From Candidatus Thermofontivivens primus (GTDB taxonomy: Bacteria > Sysuimicrobiota > Sysuimicrobiia > Sysuimicrobiales > Thermofontiviventaceae), in assembly GCA_031458695.1 (NCBI GenBank), contig JAVKJW010000009.1, positions 469 through 64,468 of the forward strand: 64,000 bases of DNA. Direction: 5' to 3'. Below, one piece after another: positions 29,591-41,315 of the stretch. The position numbers were made by a program, and so were the translations under genes. The notes beneath the pieces are model-generated. The model saw nothing but the letters and a program-made list of their open reading frames with translations, searched no databases and was not told the origin of the DNA. Numbering within the stretch: position 1 is the stretch's first letter; each line of letters opens with the position of its first letter.

Positions 29591-29615
29591 AGGTTTGCCC
29601 AGGAGGGGGAGGAGC

Positions 29616-30962
29616 GTGAGCGTTTCCAACTTCGCTGTCGAGGATGTTTGGCAGGAAGCCCTTAAGAGGATGGAGGGACTCCTCAGCAAGCCAACCTATG
29701 AATCGTTTGTCAAAGCGGTGGAGCCGGTTGCGCTCGAAGGGGAGACATTCATCTTTGCCGTCCCCAGCAAGTTTGCCAAGGAATGGCTAGAGTCCCGCTA
29801 CATCGGGCTCATTACAAGCATCCTCCAAGGAATCCTCCAGCGGAGCGTAAAGGTCCAATTCAGCGTCGCAGCCGAGGAGCCCATACCCGTAACTACTGTG
29901 GCCGAAGCCCGGCGACCTGTCCGGGCGACAGAGGCAATCCCCTTGAACCCCAAGTATACCTTTGACACCTTTGTGGTTGGGACGGGAAATCGTTTCGCAC
30001 ACGCGGCGGCGGTCGCCGTCGCCGAAGCACCGGCGAAGGCTTATAACCCCCTCTTCATTTATGGTGGTGTGGGTCTCGGGAAGACGCACCTCCTCCAGGC
30101 CATTGGGCACCATGTTCTGCAAAATCGGCAGTATTACCGTGTTGTGTATGCCTCTTCCGAGAAGTTCACGAATGAGCTCATCAATGCGATTCGTGACGAT
30201 AAAACACTGGAATTTCGGAACAAGTACCGGAGTGTCGATGTCCTCCTCATCGACGACATCCAATTCCTTGCGGGGAAGGAGCGAACCCAGGAGGAGTTCT
30301 TCCATACTTTCAACTCTCTCCATGAGGCTGGTAAGCAGATTGTGATTACAAGCGACCGCCCCCCAAAGGAGATCCCCACGCTAGAGGACCGCCTTCGCTC
30401 GCGTTTTGAGTGGGGCTTGATCGCGGACATTCAGCCGCCTGACCTGGAAACAAGGATTGCCATTCTCAGGAAGAAGGCTGAGATCGACGCCATCAACCTC
30501 CCCGACGAGGTCGCGGAGTTCATCGCCAAACAAGTCCAAAGCAACATCCGCGAGCTAGAAGGGGCCCTTGTGCGGGTCGTCGCTTACGCTACCCACGCCT
30601 CACTCCCCCTCACTGTGGAGGTCGCAGCGGAAGCCCTAGCTGATATCCTCCCCCCCTCAAGGGTGAAACCTGTTACACTCGCGGCGATCCAGAAAGTCGT
30701 CGCCGAATACTTCGGCATCCGGGTAGAAGAGATGCGAGGGAAGCGGCGCACCAAAGGCGTGGCTTTCCCTAGGCAGGTAGCCATGTATCTCGCTAGAGAG
30801 CTTACTGACGCTTCACTCCCCCAGATCGGCCAGGAGTTTGGGGGTAGAGATCATACGACAGTGCTCCACGCGTGCGAGCGTGTGAAGGCTGTGATGAGCC
30901 AGGATCCACATCTTGCCGCCTCCATCAAGGCTTTGATAGAGCAATTCCGAAGAGGAGAGTAG
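29616..30962 (+). CDS. dnaA: Chromosomal replication initiator DnaA
   Basis: AAA+ Walker A GGVGLGKTHLLQA, domain IV DNA-binding end (GGRDHTTVLHACERV). GTG 29616 follows AGGAGGGGGAGGAG; the track TTG 29577 is probably too early. Confidence 0.95.
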   Translation: MSVSNFAVEDVWQEALKRMEGLLSKPTYESFVKAVEPVALEGETFIFAVPSKFAKEWLESRYIGLITSILQGILQRSVKVQFSVAAEEPIPVTTVAEARRPVRATEAIPLNPKYTFDTFVVGTGNRFAHAAAVAVAEAPAKAYNPLFIYGGVGLGKTHLLQAIGHHVLQNRQYYRVVYASSEKFTNELINAIRDDKTLEFRNKYRSVDVLLIDDIQFLAGKERTQEEFFHTFNSLHEAGKQIVITSDRPPKEIPTLEDRLRSRFEWGLIADIQPPDLETRIAILRKKAEIDAINLPDEVAEFIAKQVQSNIRELEGALVRVVAYATHASLPLTVEVAAEALADILPPSRVKPVTLAAIQKVVAEYFGIRVEEMRGKRRTKGVAFPRQVAMYLARELTDASLPQIGQEFGGRDHTTVLHACERVKAVMSQDPHLAASIKALIEQFRRGE

Positions 30963-30963
30963 T

Positions 30964-31200
30964 TGTGGATCTGGGGGAAACATGTGGATAAGTAGGAAAG
31001 ATGTCCACAGGAGGTGCTTGTGACTTCAGGATGTGTGGAAAGGGGAGAAGTTCCCCACAACCAATTCAATGATCTCCCACAGCTTCTTCTGTGGGTGTAT
31101 TTTCTCTATGAGGCACCCCCTCTTCTAAGAGAGCCTTTCTCCCCAGAGTACACAGGGACTACTACGCCTACGGTGAATCTATTTCTATGAAAATACTAGA
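30964..31200. other. oriC part 2: DnaA-box cluster plus AT-rich candidate unwinding element between dnaA and dnaN
   Basis: Perfect TGTGGATAA at 30983. Degenerate boxes at 30964, 31001, 31034, 31051, 31073 and 31090. CTA-CTA-CGC-CTA at 31159-31170, then the AT-rich GAATCTATTTCTATGAAAATACTAGA at 31175-31200. Confidence 0.65.
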
Positions 31201-31224
31201 GGGGGAGGAGTGGAGGATTTAGGG

Positions 31225-32334
31225 ATGCGAATTCGGAGTACCCAGAAGGACCTTGAGTGGGGGACTCAGCTTGTCTCCCGGGCCATTTCTACTAGGAGTA
31301 CGATGCCGATCTTAGGGACGATCCTCCTCCAAACCAGGGCCGAGGGAGTAAACCTTTCAGCCACGGACCTCGAAGTGGCGATCCAGGCGACGGTTCCCGC
31401 GTTTGTTGAGGAGGGAGGGGCGCTTGCCCTCCCAGCTAAGCTCCTTGTCGAGATCCTCAATAACCTCCCAAGCGATGAGGTGGAAATCCGGTCGGAGGTA
31501 GGGACAACCCAAGCAGAGATCATTTGTCGAAGAAGCTCCTTTGAGATCATGGGGATGGCCCCAGAAGATTTCCCCTCCATCCCTGAGGTGGGAGAAAAGC
31601 CCATCTGCCGTCTTCCTGCGGACCTCCTTCGTACAATGATCCGGCAGACTATCTTCGCATGCAGCACGGACGAGACACGCCCTCACCTTACAGGGATCAA
31701 CTTCGTTGTTTCTGGGCGGGATGCACGGATGGTGGCAACCGATGGGGGAAGGTTAGCGCTGAGGAAAACAACACTCTCTGAGGCCGCAGAGGGGTCGCTT
31801 AACGTGATTCTTCCGCAGAAGGCCATGCACGAACTAACGAGAGCCCTGGGAGGCATCCTTGGGGATGTAGAGGTCGCGATGGCCGGTGGGCAGGTAGCCT
31901 TCTTACTCCCCCGTGTGCGGATCCTCACAAGGACCATAGCCGGGACATTTCCCAATTATGAGCAGATCATTCCCCATGAGTACAAACAACGCATCCGCGT
32001 GGCCACAGGCGACTTCCTGGCAGCTGTCCGGCGGGCGAGTATCACCGCGAGGGATTCCAGCAATGTCGTGCAGATCCATACCGTTCAAAACACAATGATC
32101 GTCACATCGAACACACCTGAGGTAGGCAGGGCCCGAGAGGAGGTAGAGGTGGAATCGTCTGGAGAGCCTATCCAGGTTGCCTTTAACGCCAGGTATCTCT
32201 TGGATGCCCTGACGATCATCTCTTCTGAATATGTCTTCTTTGACCTCACTGGCCCATTAAGCCCTGGGGTATTGCGTCCTACCGACTTCGAGGATTATCT
32301 CTACATCCTCGCCCCTGTGCGGATCTATGCATAG
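31225..32334 (+). CDS. dnaN: DNA polymerase III beta sliding clamp
   Basis: 370 aa with the three-domain clamp layout, in the canonical position after dnaA. ATG 31225 follows GGAGGAGTGGAGG. Confidence 0.95.
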   Translation: MRIRSTQKDLEWGTQLVSRAISTRSTMPILGTILLQTRAEGVNLSATDLEVAIQATVPAFVEEGGALALPAKLLVEILNNLPSDEVEIRSEVGTTQAEIICRRSSFEIMGMAPEDFPSIPEVGEKPICRLPADLLRTMIRQTIFACSTDETRPHLTGINFVVSGRDARMVATDGGRLALRKTTLSEAAEGSLNVILPQKAMHELTRALGGILGDVEVAMAGGQVAFLLPRVRILTRTIAGTFPNYEQIIPHEYKQRIRVATGDFLAAVRRASITARDSSNVVQIHTVQNTMIVTSNTPEVGRAREEVEVESSGEPIQVAFNARYLLDALTIISSEYVFFDLTGPLSPGVLRPTDFEDYLYILAPVRIYA

Positions 32335-32542
32335 GGTTCTTATCCATACTCCTACGATTGAGCTGGGCCAATTCCTCAAGTGGGCCAGGATCGTCCAGAC
32401 CGGTGGACAGGCGAAAGTCCTCATTGCCCAAGGTTTTGTCCGGGTAAATGGGGAGGTAGAGCGCCGTCGTGGACGTACCCTATACCCAGGAGACATTGTG
32501 GAGGTAGAGGGCAGAGGGACGTATATCGTTTCCGTCCCTTGA
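32327..32542 (+). CDS. yaaA: S4-domain RNA-binding protein (YaaA-like)
   Basis: 71 aa. LGQFLKWARIVQTGGQAKVLIAQGFVRVNGEVERRRGRTLYPGDIVEV is an S4 fold. Occupies the dnaN-recF slot as in Bacillus and overlaps the dnaN stop by 8 nt. Confidence 0.8.
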   Translation: MHRVLIHTPTIELGQFLKWARIVQTGGQAKVLIAQGFVRVNGEVERRRGRTLYPGDIVEVEGRGTYIVSVP

Positions 32543-32580
32543 ATACCGAACAAAAGTTTGATATTATTAGGTGAGAAGAG

Positions 32581-33696
32581 ATGGCTACTCTCCTGGAATT
32601 CGAGGCCCAGGGGTTCCGGAACCTTGGCCATGTGCGAATAGATCCTGGGGAGGGGTTAAATTTCTTGATCGGGGGCAATGCCCAAGGGAAGACAAGTCTT
32701 ATTGAGGCCGTTTACATGGTGGCAACAGGAAGATCGCCGCGGGCACGAAAGGAGGCGGAGGTGATCAACTGCTTCCAAGAGCGCGCGCTCTTACGAGCCC
32801 GCGTCCGACACGGGACGCGTGAGGAATCCCTGGATGTTATGCTCTGGCGAGTGCCCGGCTTCTTTAAGGAGCTCCGCGTCAATGGGAAGGGAGTATCGCG
32901 TGGGGAATTCTTAGGGCACATCCCCGTGATCCTTGCATGGGCCCACGACCAGGAGGTCTTGCAGGGGGCGCCAGCTCTCCGCCGACGGCTCCTGGACGAG
33001 GCCCTGGTGCAAGTGAGTCGCCCCTACTATGGTACGCTCGTCCGCTACGGACGCGCTCTCCACCAAAGGAACTCCCTGCTCAGAAAGGGGTTTTTCCGAG
33101 AGCTCGAACCATGGGATGAGCAGCTTATTCTCCATGGGGTTGTCCTTACTGTACGAAGGCATGGCTTTCTGAGGCGCTTAGCTCCCCTTGTGAGCCAGGC
33201 CTATCAAGAGCTCACAGGAGGACAGGAGTCCCTTGAGGTGCACTTTCTTCCTTCTTGGGACGGCACCACCTCACAGGAGGTAGGAGAAGCTGGACGAGCT
33301 GCCCTAAAGCGATTCCGGAAGTTGGAGGAACAGCGTAGGTCAACGCTCACCGGCCCACACAGGGATGAGGTTGTATTCCGTGTGGGTGGGCTTGACTTGC
33401 GCGCCTACGGGTCACGAGGGCAACAGGTAGCAGCCATGCTTGCTTGGCGGCTTGGGGAGTGGGAAGTCTTCCGCCAGGAGCTTGGGGAGGAGCCCGTGCT
33501 CCTCCTCGATGACGTCCTTGCTGAACTTGACCTTAACCGCCAATCTGGGTTACTTGCGCGGGTCGCGCATGGTCCCCAGGTCTTGGTGACAGCAACCTCT
33601 CTCCCATCTCCAGCGCTGGAAGGACTCACGGCGAAGGTGTTTTCCATCCATGCAGGGAGGGTCTCCCAATGGGCCGGAGAAGGCGTTCGGAGCTAA
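32581..33696 (+). CDS. recF: DNA replication and repair protein RecF
   Basis: Walker A GGNAQGKTSLIEA, signature and Walker B (VLLLDDVLAELD). Confidence 0.93.
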   Translation: MATLLEFEAQGFRNLGHVRIDPGEGLNFLIGGNAQGKTSLIEAVYMVATGRSPRARKEAEVINCFQERALLRARVRHGTREESLDVMLWRVPGFFKELRVNGKGVSRGEFLGHIPVILAWAHDQEVLQGAPALRRRLLDEALVQVSRPYYGTLVRYGRALHQRNSLLRKGFFRELEPWDEQLILHGVVLTVRRHGFLRRLAPLVSQAYQELTGGQESLEVHFLPSWDGTTSQEVGEAGRAALKRFRKLEEQRRSTLTGPHRDEVVFRVGGLDLRAYGSRGQQVAAMLAWRLGEWEVFRQELGEEPVLLLDDVLAELDLNRQSGLLARVAHGPQVLVTATSLPSPALEGLTAKVFSIHAGRVSQWAGEGVRS

Positions 33697-33989
33697 CTCC
33701 CATTCAAGAAGTCCTTCGCCGCAGTGGACCTGGTCAGGAGTGGGCAAGGATTGCGGCTGCTGCGCTCGCGCAACACCTCTGGGAGGAAGTAGTTGGCCAG
33801 GAGGTAGCACGGGTTGCCTGGGCTCGATCTGTCCAAAACGGCGTCCTTATCGTGGTCACGAGCCACCCTGTCTGGGCGCAAGAGCTCTCCCTGCGTCGCA
33901 AAGAGCTCATAGAGGAAATCCATCGCAGGGTTGGAGCAAAGGTCCTTGAAGATATCCGGTTCGTCGTCGCGAGTAGGGAAGGGGAATAG
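33669..33989 (+). CDS. DUF721 protein (DciA-family, helicase-loading factor-like)
   Basis: 106 aa. LWEEVVGQEVARVAWARSVQNGVLIVVTSHPVWAQELSLRRKELIEEI fits the DUF721 pattern. Lies in the recF-gyrB slot and overlaps the recF 3' end by 28 nt. Confidence 0.75.
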   Translation: MGRRRRSELTPIQEVLRRSGPGQEWARIAAAALAQHLWEEVVGQEVARVAWARSVQNGVLIVVTSHPVWAQELSLRRKELIEEIHRRVGAKVLEDIRFVVASREGE

Positions 33990-34016
33990 CAGAGGGGAAC
34001 GAGGGGAGGTATGGAG

Positions 34017-36300
<2,284 letters not shown>

Positions 36301-36306
36301 GGGGTC

Positions 36307-36331
36307 CAGCAAATGCGTCATGTGTTTGCTG
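36307..36331 (+). terminator. Weak hairpin after gyrB (possible attenuator/partial terminator)
   Basis: CAGCAAA (36307-36313) and TTTGCTG (36325-36331), 11-nt loop, followed by TTGCTTCTC. Confidence 0.2.
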
Positions 36332-36454
36332 TTGCTTCTCAGGTTTTCCAGGCATTGGGAAGACTCCTAGAGAACCTCGAGAGGGAACAAAGAGAAGGCT
36401 TTCCAAAAGGGGACGGCGTGCCCTGAGAACCCAAGAAAACTGAGGGGAAGAGCA

Positions 36455-38902
36455 ATGGCAATGGAGGAGTCCAAGGTCATCCCGCGGCCCATCGAGGAGG
36501 AGATGAAAGCTTCCTACCTCGATTACGCCATGTCGGTGATTGTGAGCCGGGCACTCCCGGACGTGCGCGACGGTCTCAAGCCCGTTCAGCGCAGGATCCT
36601 CTACGGGATGCTGGAGTTAGGATTGCGCCCGGATGCCGCCTACAAGAAGTGCGCCCGTATCGTTGGGGATGTCATGGGCCGGTACCATCCTCATGGGGAT
36701 GCCCCTGTCTACGAAGCACTTGTGCGGATGGCCCAGGAGTTTTCCTTCCGGTACCCACTGGTGGATGGGCAGGGGAACTTCGGGTCTGTGGACGGGGACT
36801 CTCCTGCGGCGATGCGCTATACCGAGGCTAGGCTTTCTTCCATTGCCATGGAGATGCTGGCGGACATCGACAAAGAGACCGTGGACTTCATGCCCAACTT
36901 TGACCAGACCATGATGGAACCCACGGTGCTCCCGGCGCGCGTCCCCAACCTGCTCATGAACGGGGCAAGTGGGATTGCGGTGGGGATGGCTACGAACATC
37001 CCTCCCCACAACCTCTCCGAGCTGGTGGATGCCCTTGTCTACCTTGTGGACCGGTGGGACCCAGAGAAAGGCTATGCCGCAGATCCTGAGGACCTCTTGA
37101 AGATCGTCAAGGGGCCGGACTTCCCTACGGGAGGGCTCATCCTGGGGAAGGAAGGCATCCGGGATGCGTACCTGAAGGGGAAGGGTTCCATCCCCATCCG
37201 CGCAAAGGCCACCATTGAGGAGTTGCGGGGCGGACGAACGGCGATTGTGGTCACCGAGATCCCCTACATGGTCAACAAGGCGGCTCTTATTGAACGCATC
37301 GCGGGCCTCGTCCGGGAGAAGAAGGTGACGGGGATCACCGACCTCCGCGACGAGAGCGACCGTGAGGGGTTACGGATCGTCATTGAGCTCCGCCGGGATG
37401 CCAACCCCCAGATCGTTCTGAACCAGCTTTACAAACACACCCAGATGCAGACGAGCTTTGGGGCGATTATGCTCGCACTGGTGGACGGCATCCCGCGCAT
37501 CCTCACCTTGAAAGAACTGCTTACTCATTACCTCGAGCATCGGAGAGTGGTGACGGAGCGCAGGATTCGGCACGAGCTATCCAAGGCTGAGCAGCGCCTG
37601 CATATCGTGGAGGGTTTGCACATTGCGCTTCAGCATTTGGACGAGGTCCTTGCCCTCATCCGGAAGTCCAAGGATGTCCCTTCTGCGAGGAAAGGACTCG
37701 CCTCGAAGTTTGGTCTTTCGGAGGTCCAGGCCGACGCTATCCTGGAGATGCGCCTGCAGCGCCTGACGGCTCTCGAGCGGGAGAAGCTCGAAGAAGAGCA
37801 CCGCGAACTCCTTAAGCGCATCGCCTCCCTTCGCGAGATCCTTCTCGATCCCCGTAAGATCCTTGGGATCGTTCGCCAGGAGCTCTTGGAGATCAAGGAG
37901 AGGTACGGGGACGAGCGACGTACGCGAATCCTGGCCAAGGAAGCAGAACTGGAGGCAGAGGACCTCATCGCTGACACGCCTGTGGTGGTCACCCTGACGC
38001 GCTTCGGGTATATCAAGCGGCAGCCCCTTGATGTCTACCGTAGCCAGCGTCGTGGCGGGAGGGGCATCATGGGGATGGAGACCAGGGAGGAGGATGTGGT
38101 GGAACATGCCGTCGTGACCACCAACCATAGCTTCCTCCTCTTCTTCACAGATCGCGGGAAGGTATACCGTCTCAAGGCCTATGAGGTCCCAGAGGCAGGA
38201 CGCACTGCGCGGGGGGTTGCGCTGTCAAACCTCGTGGGAATCTCAGGAGGAGAACGCGTCAATGCGGTCATTGGGCTGCGCAGCTTTGAGGAGGCTGGTC
38301 ATCTTTTCATGGTGACCAAGTATGGGTTTGCTAAGAAGACGGGTCTCATGGAGTTCATCCATGCCAGACGGGCAGGGGTGATCGCTGTGGCCCTTGACGA
38401 GGGGGATGAGCTGGTAGGGGTACGCCACACAGATGGGACAAAGGAACTGGTGCTCGCAACGCGTCTGGGACAGGCCATCCGCTTCCACGAGAAGGACATC
38501 CGGGAGATGGGACGGGCCGCTCGGGGAGTGAGGGCCATCCGGCTGCGCCAGGGGGATGAGGTTGTCGGCGTCGCCGAGGTCCATGAAGGGAGGACGTTGC
38601 TCACAGTTACCGATCTGGGATACGGCAAGCGGACCCCCGTGGAGGCGTATCCACTCCAGCGCCGCGGCGGCAAGGGTGTCCGAAATATCCGGATCGGGAG
38701 GAAGAACGGACACGTTGTGACCATCCGCGCCATTGACGACGAGGACGAGATCCTCATTGTCACGACCAAAGGGATTGTATTCCGGTGTCCCGGCAAAGAT
38801 CTCTCGATCATGGGTCGCAACGCCCAGGGTGTGCGGATCATCAAGGTTGGCGAAGATGATAGGGTAGCTGCCGTCGCCAAGGTTTCGGGAAAGGAGGAGT
38901 AA
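36455..38902 (+). CDS. gyrA: DNA gyrase subunit A
   Basis: 815 aa with active-site region [13 protein letters not shown] and a C-terminal beta-pinwheel repeat region. Confidence 0.97.
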   Translation: MAMEESKVIPRPIEEEMKASYLDYAMSVIVSRALPDVRDGLKPVQRRILYGMLELGLRPDAAYKKCARIVGDVMGRYHPHGDAPVYEALVRMAQEFSFRYPLVDGQGNFGSVDGDSPAAMRYTEARLSSIAMEMLADIDKETVDFMPNFDQTMMEPTVLPARVPNLLMNGASGIAVGMATNIPPHNLSELVDALVYLVDRWDPEKGYAADPEDLLKIVKGPDFPTGGLILGKEGIRDAYLKGKGSIPIRAKATIEELRGGRTAIVVTEIPYMVNKAALIERIAGLVREKKVTGITDLRDESDREGLRIVIELRRDANPQIVLNQLYKHTQMQTSFGAIMLALVDGIPRILTLKELLTHYLEHRRVVTERRIRHELSKAEQRLHIVEGLHIALQHLDEVLALIRKSKDVPSARKGLASKFGLSEVQADAILEMRLQRLTALEREKLEEEHRELLKRIASLREILLDPRKILGIVRQELLEIKERYGDERRTRILAKEAELEAEDLIADTPVVVTLTRFGYIKRQPLDVYRSQRRGGRGIMGMETREEDVVEHAVVTTNHSFLLFFTDRGKVYRLKAYEVPEAGRTARGVALSNLVGISGGERVNAVIGLRSFEEAGHLFMVTKYGFAKKTGLMEFIHARRAGVIAVALDEGDELVGVRHTDGTKELVLATRLGQAIRFHEKDIREMGRAARGVRAIRLRQGDEVVGVAEVHEGRTLLTVTDLGYGKRTPVEAYPLQRRGGKGVRNIRIGRKNGHVVTIRAIDDEDEILIVTTKGIVFRCPGKDLSIMGRNAQGVRIIKVGEDDRVAAVAKVSGKEE

Positions 38903-38913
38903 TCAAGGGAAGT

Positions 38914-39858
38914 ATGTGCCCTCCAGCTCTTCTTCAAGAGAGGGTTCAGGGCACAGTGGTCAAGGTGGTTGGTGGGTTCTGTTTTGTGTACACTGGCGGG
39001 AGAACGGTCCAGTGCGTGCTGCGCGGGCGCGTGAAAAGGGAACGTCGCATGGAGACAAGTCCCGTGGTTGTGGGCGATCACGTGACGATCACTCTGCTGC
39101 CGGATGGGACGGGGGTGATTGAGGAGATCCTCCCACGCGCTTCTACCCTTTCGAAGGCCTCCCCACGCAACCCGAAGATCCGCCAAGTACTCGCCGCGAA
39201 CGTGGATCAGGCAGTGGTCGTGTTTGCTGCTCGTGCTCCTGATCCTTCACCTGCCTTCATCGACCGCTTCCTTGTCCTTGCAGAGGCTGAGGGTTTGGTG
39301 CCCATCCTGTGTCTGAACAAGGTCGACCTTGGCATCCCGGAAGAGCTCGCAGCGCGCTACCGTGCCATAGGCTATCAGGTTGTATTCACGAGCGCGCGCA
39401 CCGGAGAGGGGTTGGACCACCTGAAAGCCATCCTCCGGGATCGCATCTCCATCCTCGTGGGTCCTTCGGGGGTGGGAAAGAGTAGCCTACTCAACGCCAT
39501 CCAGCCTGGGCTCGGCCGGCGTGTTGGGGAGATCAGCGCGCGCGCACAAAAAGGGCGGCATACTACAACAACGGCTGAGTTGCTCCCTCTCAGCTCTGGA
39601 GGCTTTGTTGTGGACACACCCGGGGTCCAAGTTCTTGAGGTCCTCCACATCCCCCGCGAAAGGCTCCAAGACCTCTTCCCGGAGATCCGAGCTCTTCGGG
39701 GCTCCTGCACCTTTCCCGATTGTTTGCATGTCGCCGAGCCTGGGTGTGCTGTAAAGCGAGGGGTTGAAGAAGGAAAGGTTCACCCAGAGCGGTATGCCAG
39801 TTACTTGGCGATCTTGGCCGAGCTCGAGCGTGCCCCACAGCTCTTCTTGAAGGAGTAA
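38914..39858 (+). CDS. rsgA: Ribosome small-subunit-dependent GTPase A
   Basis: Circularly permuted GTPase: NKVDL, then GPSGVGKSSLLNA. Zinc cluster CTFPDCLHVAEPGCAV. N-terminal OB fold. Confidence 0.88.
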   Translation: MCPPALLQERVQGTVVKVVGGFCFVYTGGRTVQCVLRGRVKRERRMETSPVVVGDHVTITLLPDGTGVIEEILPRASTLSKASPRNPKIRQVLAANVDQAVVVFAARAPDPSPAFIDRFLVLAEAEGLVPILCLNKVDLGIPEELAARYRAIGYQVVFTSARTGEGLDHLKAILRDRISILVGPSGVGKSSLLNAIQPGLGRRVGEISARAQKGRHTTTTAELLPLSSGGFVVDTPGVQVLEVLHIPRERLQDLFPEIRALRGSCTFPDCLHVAEPGCAVKRGVEEGKVHPERYASYLAILAELERAPQLFLKE

Positions 39859-41168
39859 AGTTCCTTCTCTGGATAGCGAAGGAATACAATCGCTCCAGTG
39901 GCAACAAACGCGGCGGCTACCATCGGGACCGCCCGGAGGCCAAGCGCATGTGGTGGTGCGTACCCAAGCACCTGGAGGATTCCCCCAAGGGTTGCCGCTG
40001 CGAGGCTTGTCGTTCCGTTGAATACAAGTCCCTGGAACGCAAAGAAGAGAGCTTCGTGTCGCACCCCACGAGTCTTACCGTGATCCTCAGCGATGTCTGC
40101 GAGGAGAGCATTGGGGAGGACGAAAAGAACTGCGAGAGGAAGCCCTGATGCCGCGACGAGAAGGTACCCCTGCACGGCAGGGCTGAGGGGGAAGGGCCAC
40201 AGCCCAAGCGTAGAGAGCAAAGGCAAAACAAACAAGATGACCCCAAGGGCCGCAAGGAGGGTCCTGCGTTTCCCCAAGGTTTTGACGGTCCAGGGAACAA
40301 GGGGTGTCCCCGCAAGGGTGCATAGGAGGGAGACCGCCAGCACATGACCTGTCTTTTCTTTGGGGAGACCCATGAGGATGGTAATGAAGTAGACGAGGGA
40401 GAGGTTGACCATGCTCAGCCCGAACCACATCAAACTCAGTCCTACAAGGTAGATCTGGAAGCTCTTCATCGCGAGGACCTCTCGGATAACTTGCCTAACC
40501 TGCCGGATTCCCCATGCACCTTCCGCGAGCTCTTCCTCCCGTACGCTTCCTGCGGCCCACAGGGCGAGAAGGGCAAGGCCACCGAGGATGAGAGCCATGC
40601 GGGGGAATCCATATCTCATAGAGAGCCAAGAAGAGAGCACAAAGGCTCCGCCGACACCGATAAGGTTGAACGCTGCCTGCCATGCCGCGGTGGTAACTCT
40701 CCCTCTCCCTCCCGCGGTGATCTCAGGGAGGAGCGCTGCATACGGGTTCATGACCAGCGTGAACAGGAAGAAGAAGGAGGACAGAAGGAGCGTCAGGTAG
40801 AGAAAGTTCTCGAGAGCGAGGTGGGGTTTTGGCGGGGACCAGAGGAGGAAAAAACTCAGGACGAGAAAGGGAGAGCCCAAGACGATGAATGGCTTGCGCC
40901 TTCCCCACCTTGTCCTCACCCGGTCGCTCCAAAACGCCACAGGCAAATCGGCAAGAGCGTCGATGAGACGTCCTGCCGCCATTGCCACCCCTACGAGGCC
41001 CGGAGCTACACGTGGCGGAAGCCCTGAACCTGGAGGTGGAGAATAGTAGAAAAAGATCCAGAGGAGGACTGTCTGGAGCAAAAGGCTTCCCCCAAGGCTC
41101 CCGAGGCCGTAGAGAACCCGGGTGATCCCATGGTGTGGTGTCTGGACCTTCGCGAGGGTTCCCATCAT
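39801..41168 (-). CDS. MFS transporter, GPH (glycoside-pentoside-hexuronide)-like
   Basis: About 12 TM helices and the loop motif WSDRVRTRWGRRKPFIVLGSP typical of MFS_2/GPH. Start set at ATG-ATG 41168 because the track N-extension covers the divergent aro promoter; the start is uncertain. Confidence 0.8.
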   Translation of the reverse strand: MMGTLAKVQTPHHGITRVLYGLGSLGGSLLLQTVLLWIFFYYSPPPGSGLPPRVAPGLVGVAMAAGRLIDALADLPVAFWSDRVRTRWGRRKPFIVLGSPFLVLSFFLLWSPPKPHLALENFLYLTLLLSSFFFLFTLVMNPYAALLPEITAGGRGRVTTAAWQAAFNLIGVGGAFVLSSWLSMRYGFPRMALILGGLALLALWAAGSVREEELAEGAWGIRQVRQVIREVLAMKSFQIYLVGLSLMWFGLSMVNLSLVYFITILMGLPKEKTGHVLAVSLLCTLAGTPLVPWTVKTLGKRRTLLAALGVILFVLPLLSTLGLWPFPLSPAVQGYLLVAASGLPLAVLFVLPNALLADIAEDHGKTRGVRHEALFFAFQGLVFNGTTSLAAATLGGILQVLGYAPPHALGLRAVPMVAAAFVATGAIVFLRYPEKELYSFKKSCGARSSSAKIAK

Positions 41169-41230
41169 CCCATGGTCAGATTCCACAGCTCCCCAGTCGA
41201 CCCCTGGGAGTTTCCTCACAGAAGGCGAGG

Positions 41231-41259
41231 TTGCGAAGCCTGTGGGGTTTGCATATAAT
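41231..41259 (+). promoter_or_regulatory. Sigma-70-type promoter of the aro operon
   Basis: TTGCGA (41231-41236), 17 nt, TATAAT (41254-41259), 56 nt upstream of the aroE ATG. Confidence 0.55.
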
Positions 41260-41315
41260 CGAAACAACCCAGAGATCGTCCTGATCGTAGGAAGGCAAGG
41301 TTCTCAACGCTAGCC

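Noticed and set aside
38299-39186. 295-aa minus-strand ORF spanning the gyrA-rsgA junction
   Set aside because: Antisense to two well-supported genes, with Ser/Pro/Arg-rich composition. It is a shadow ORF.
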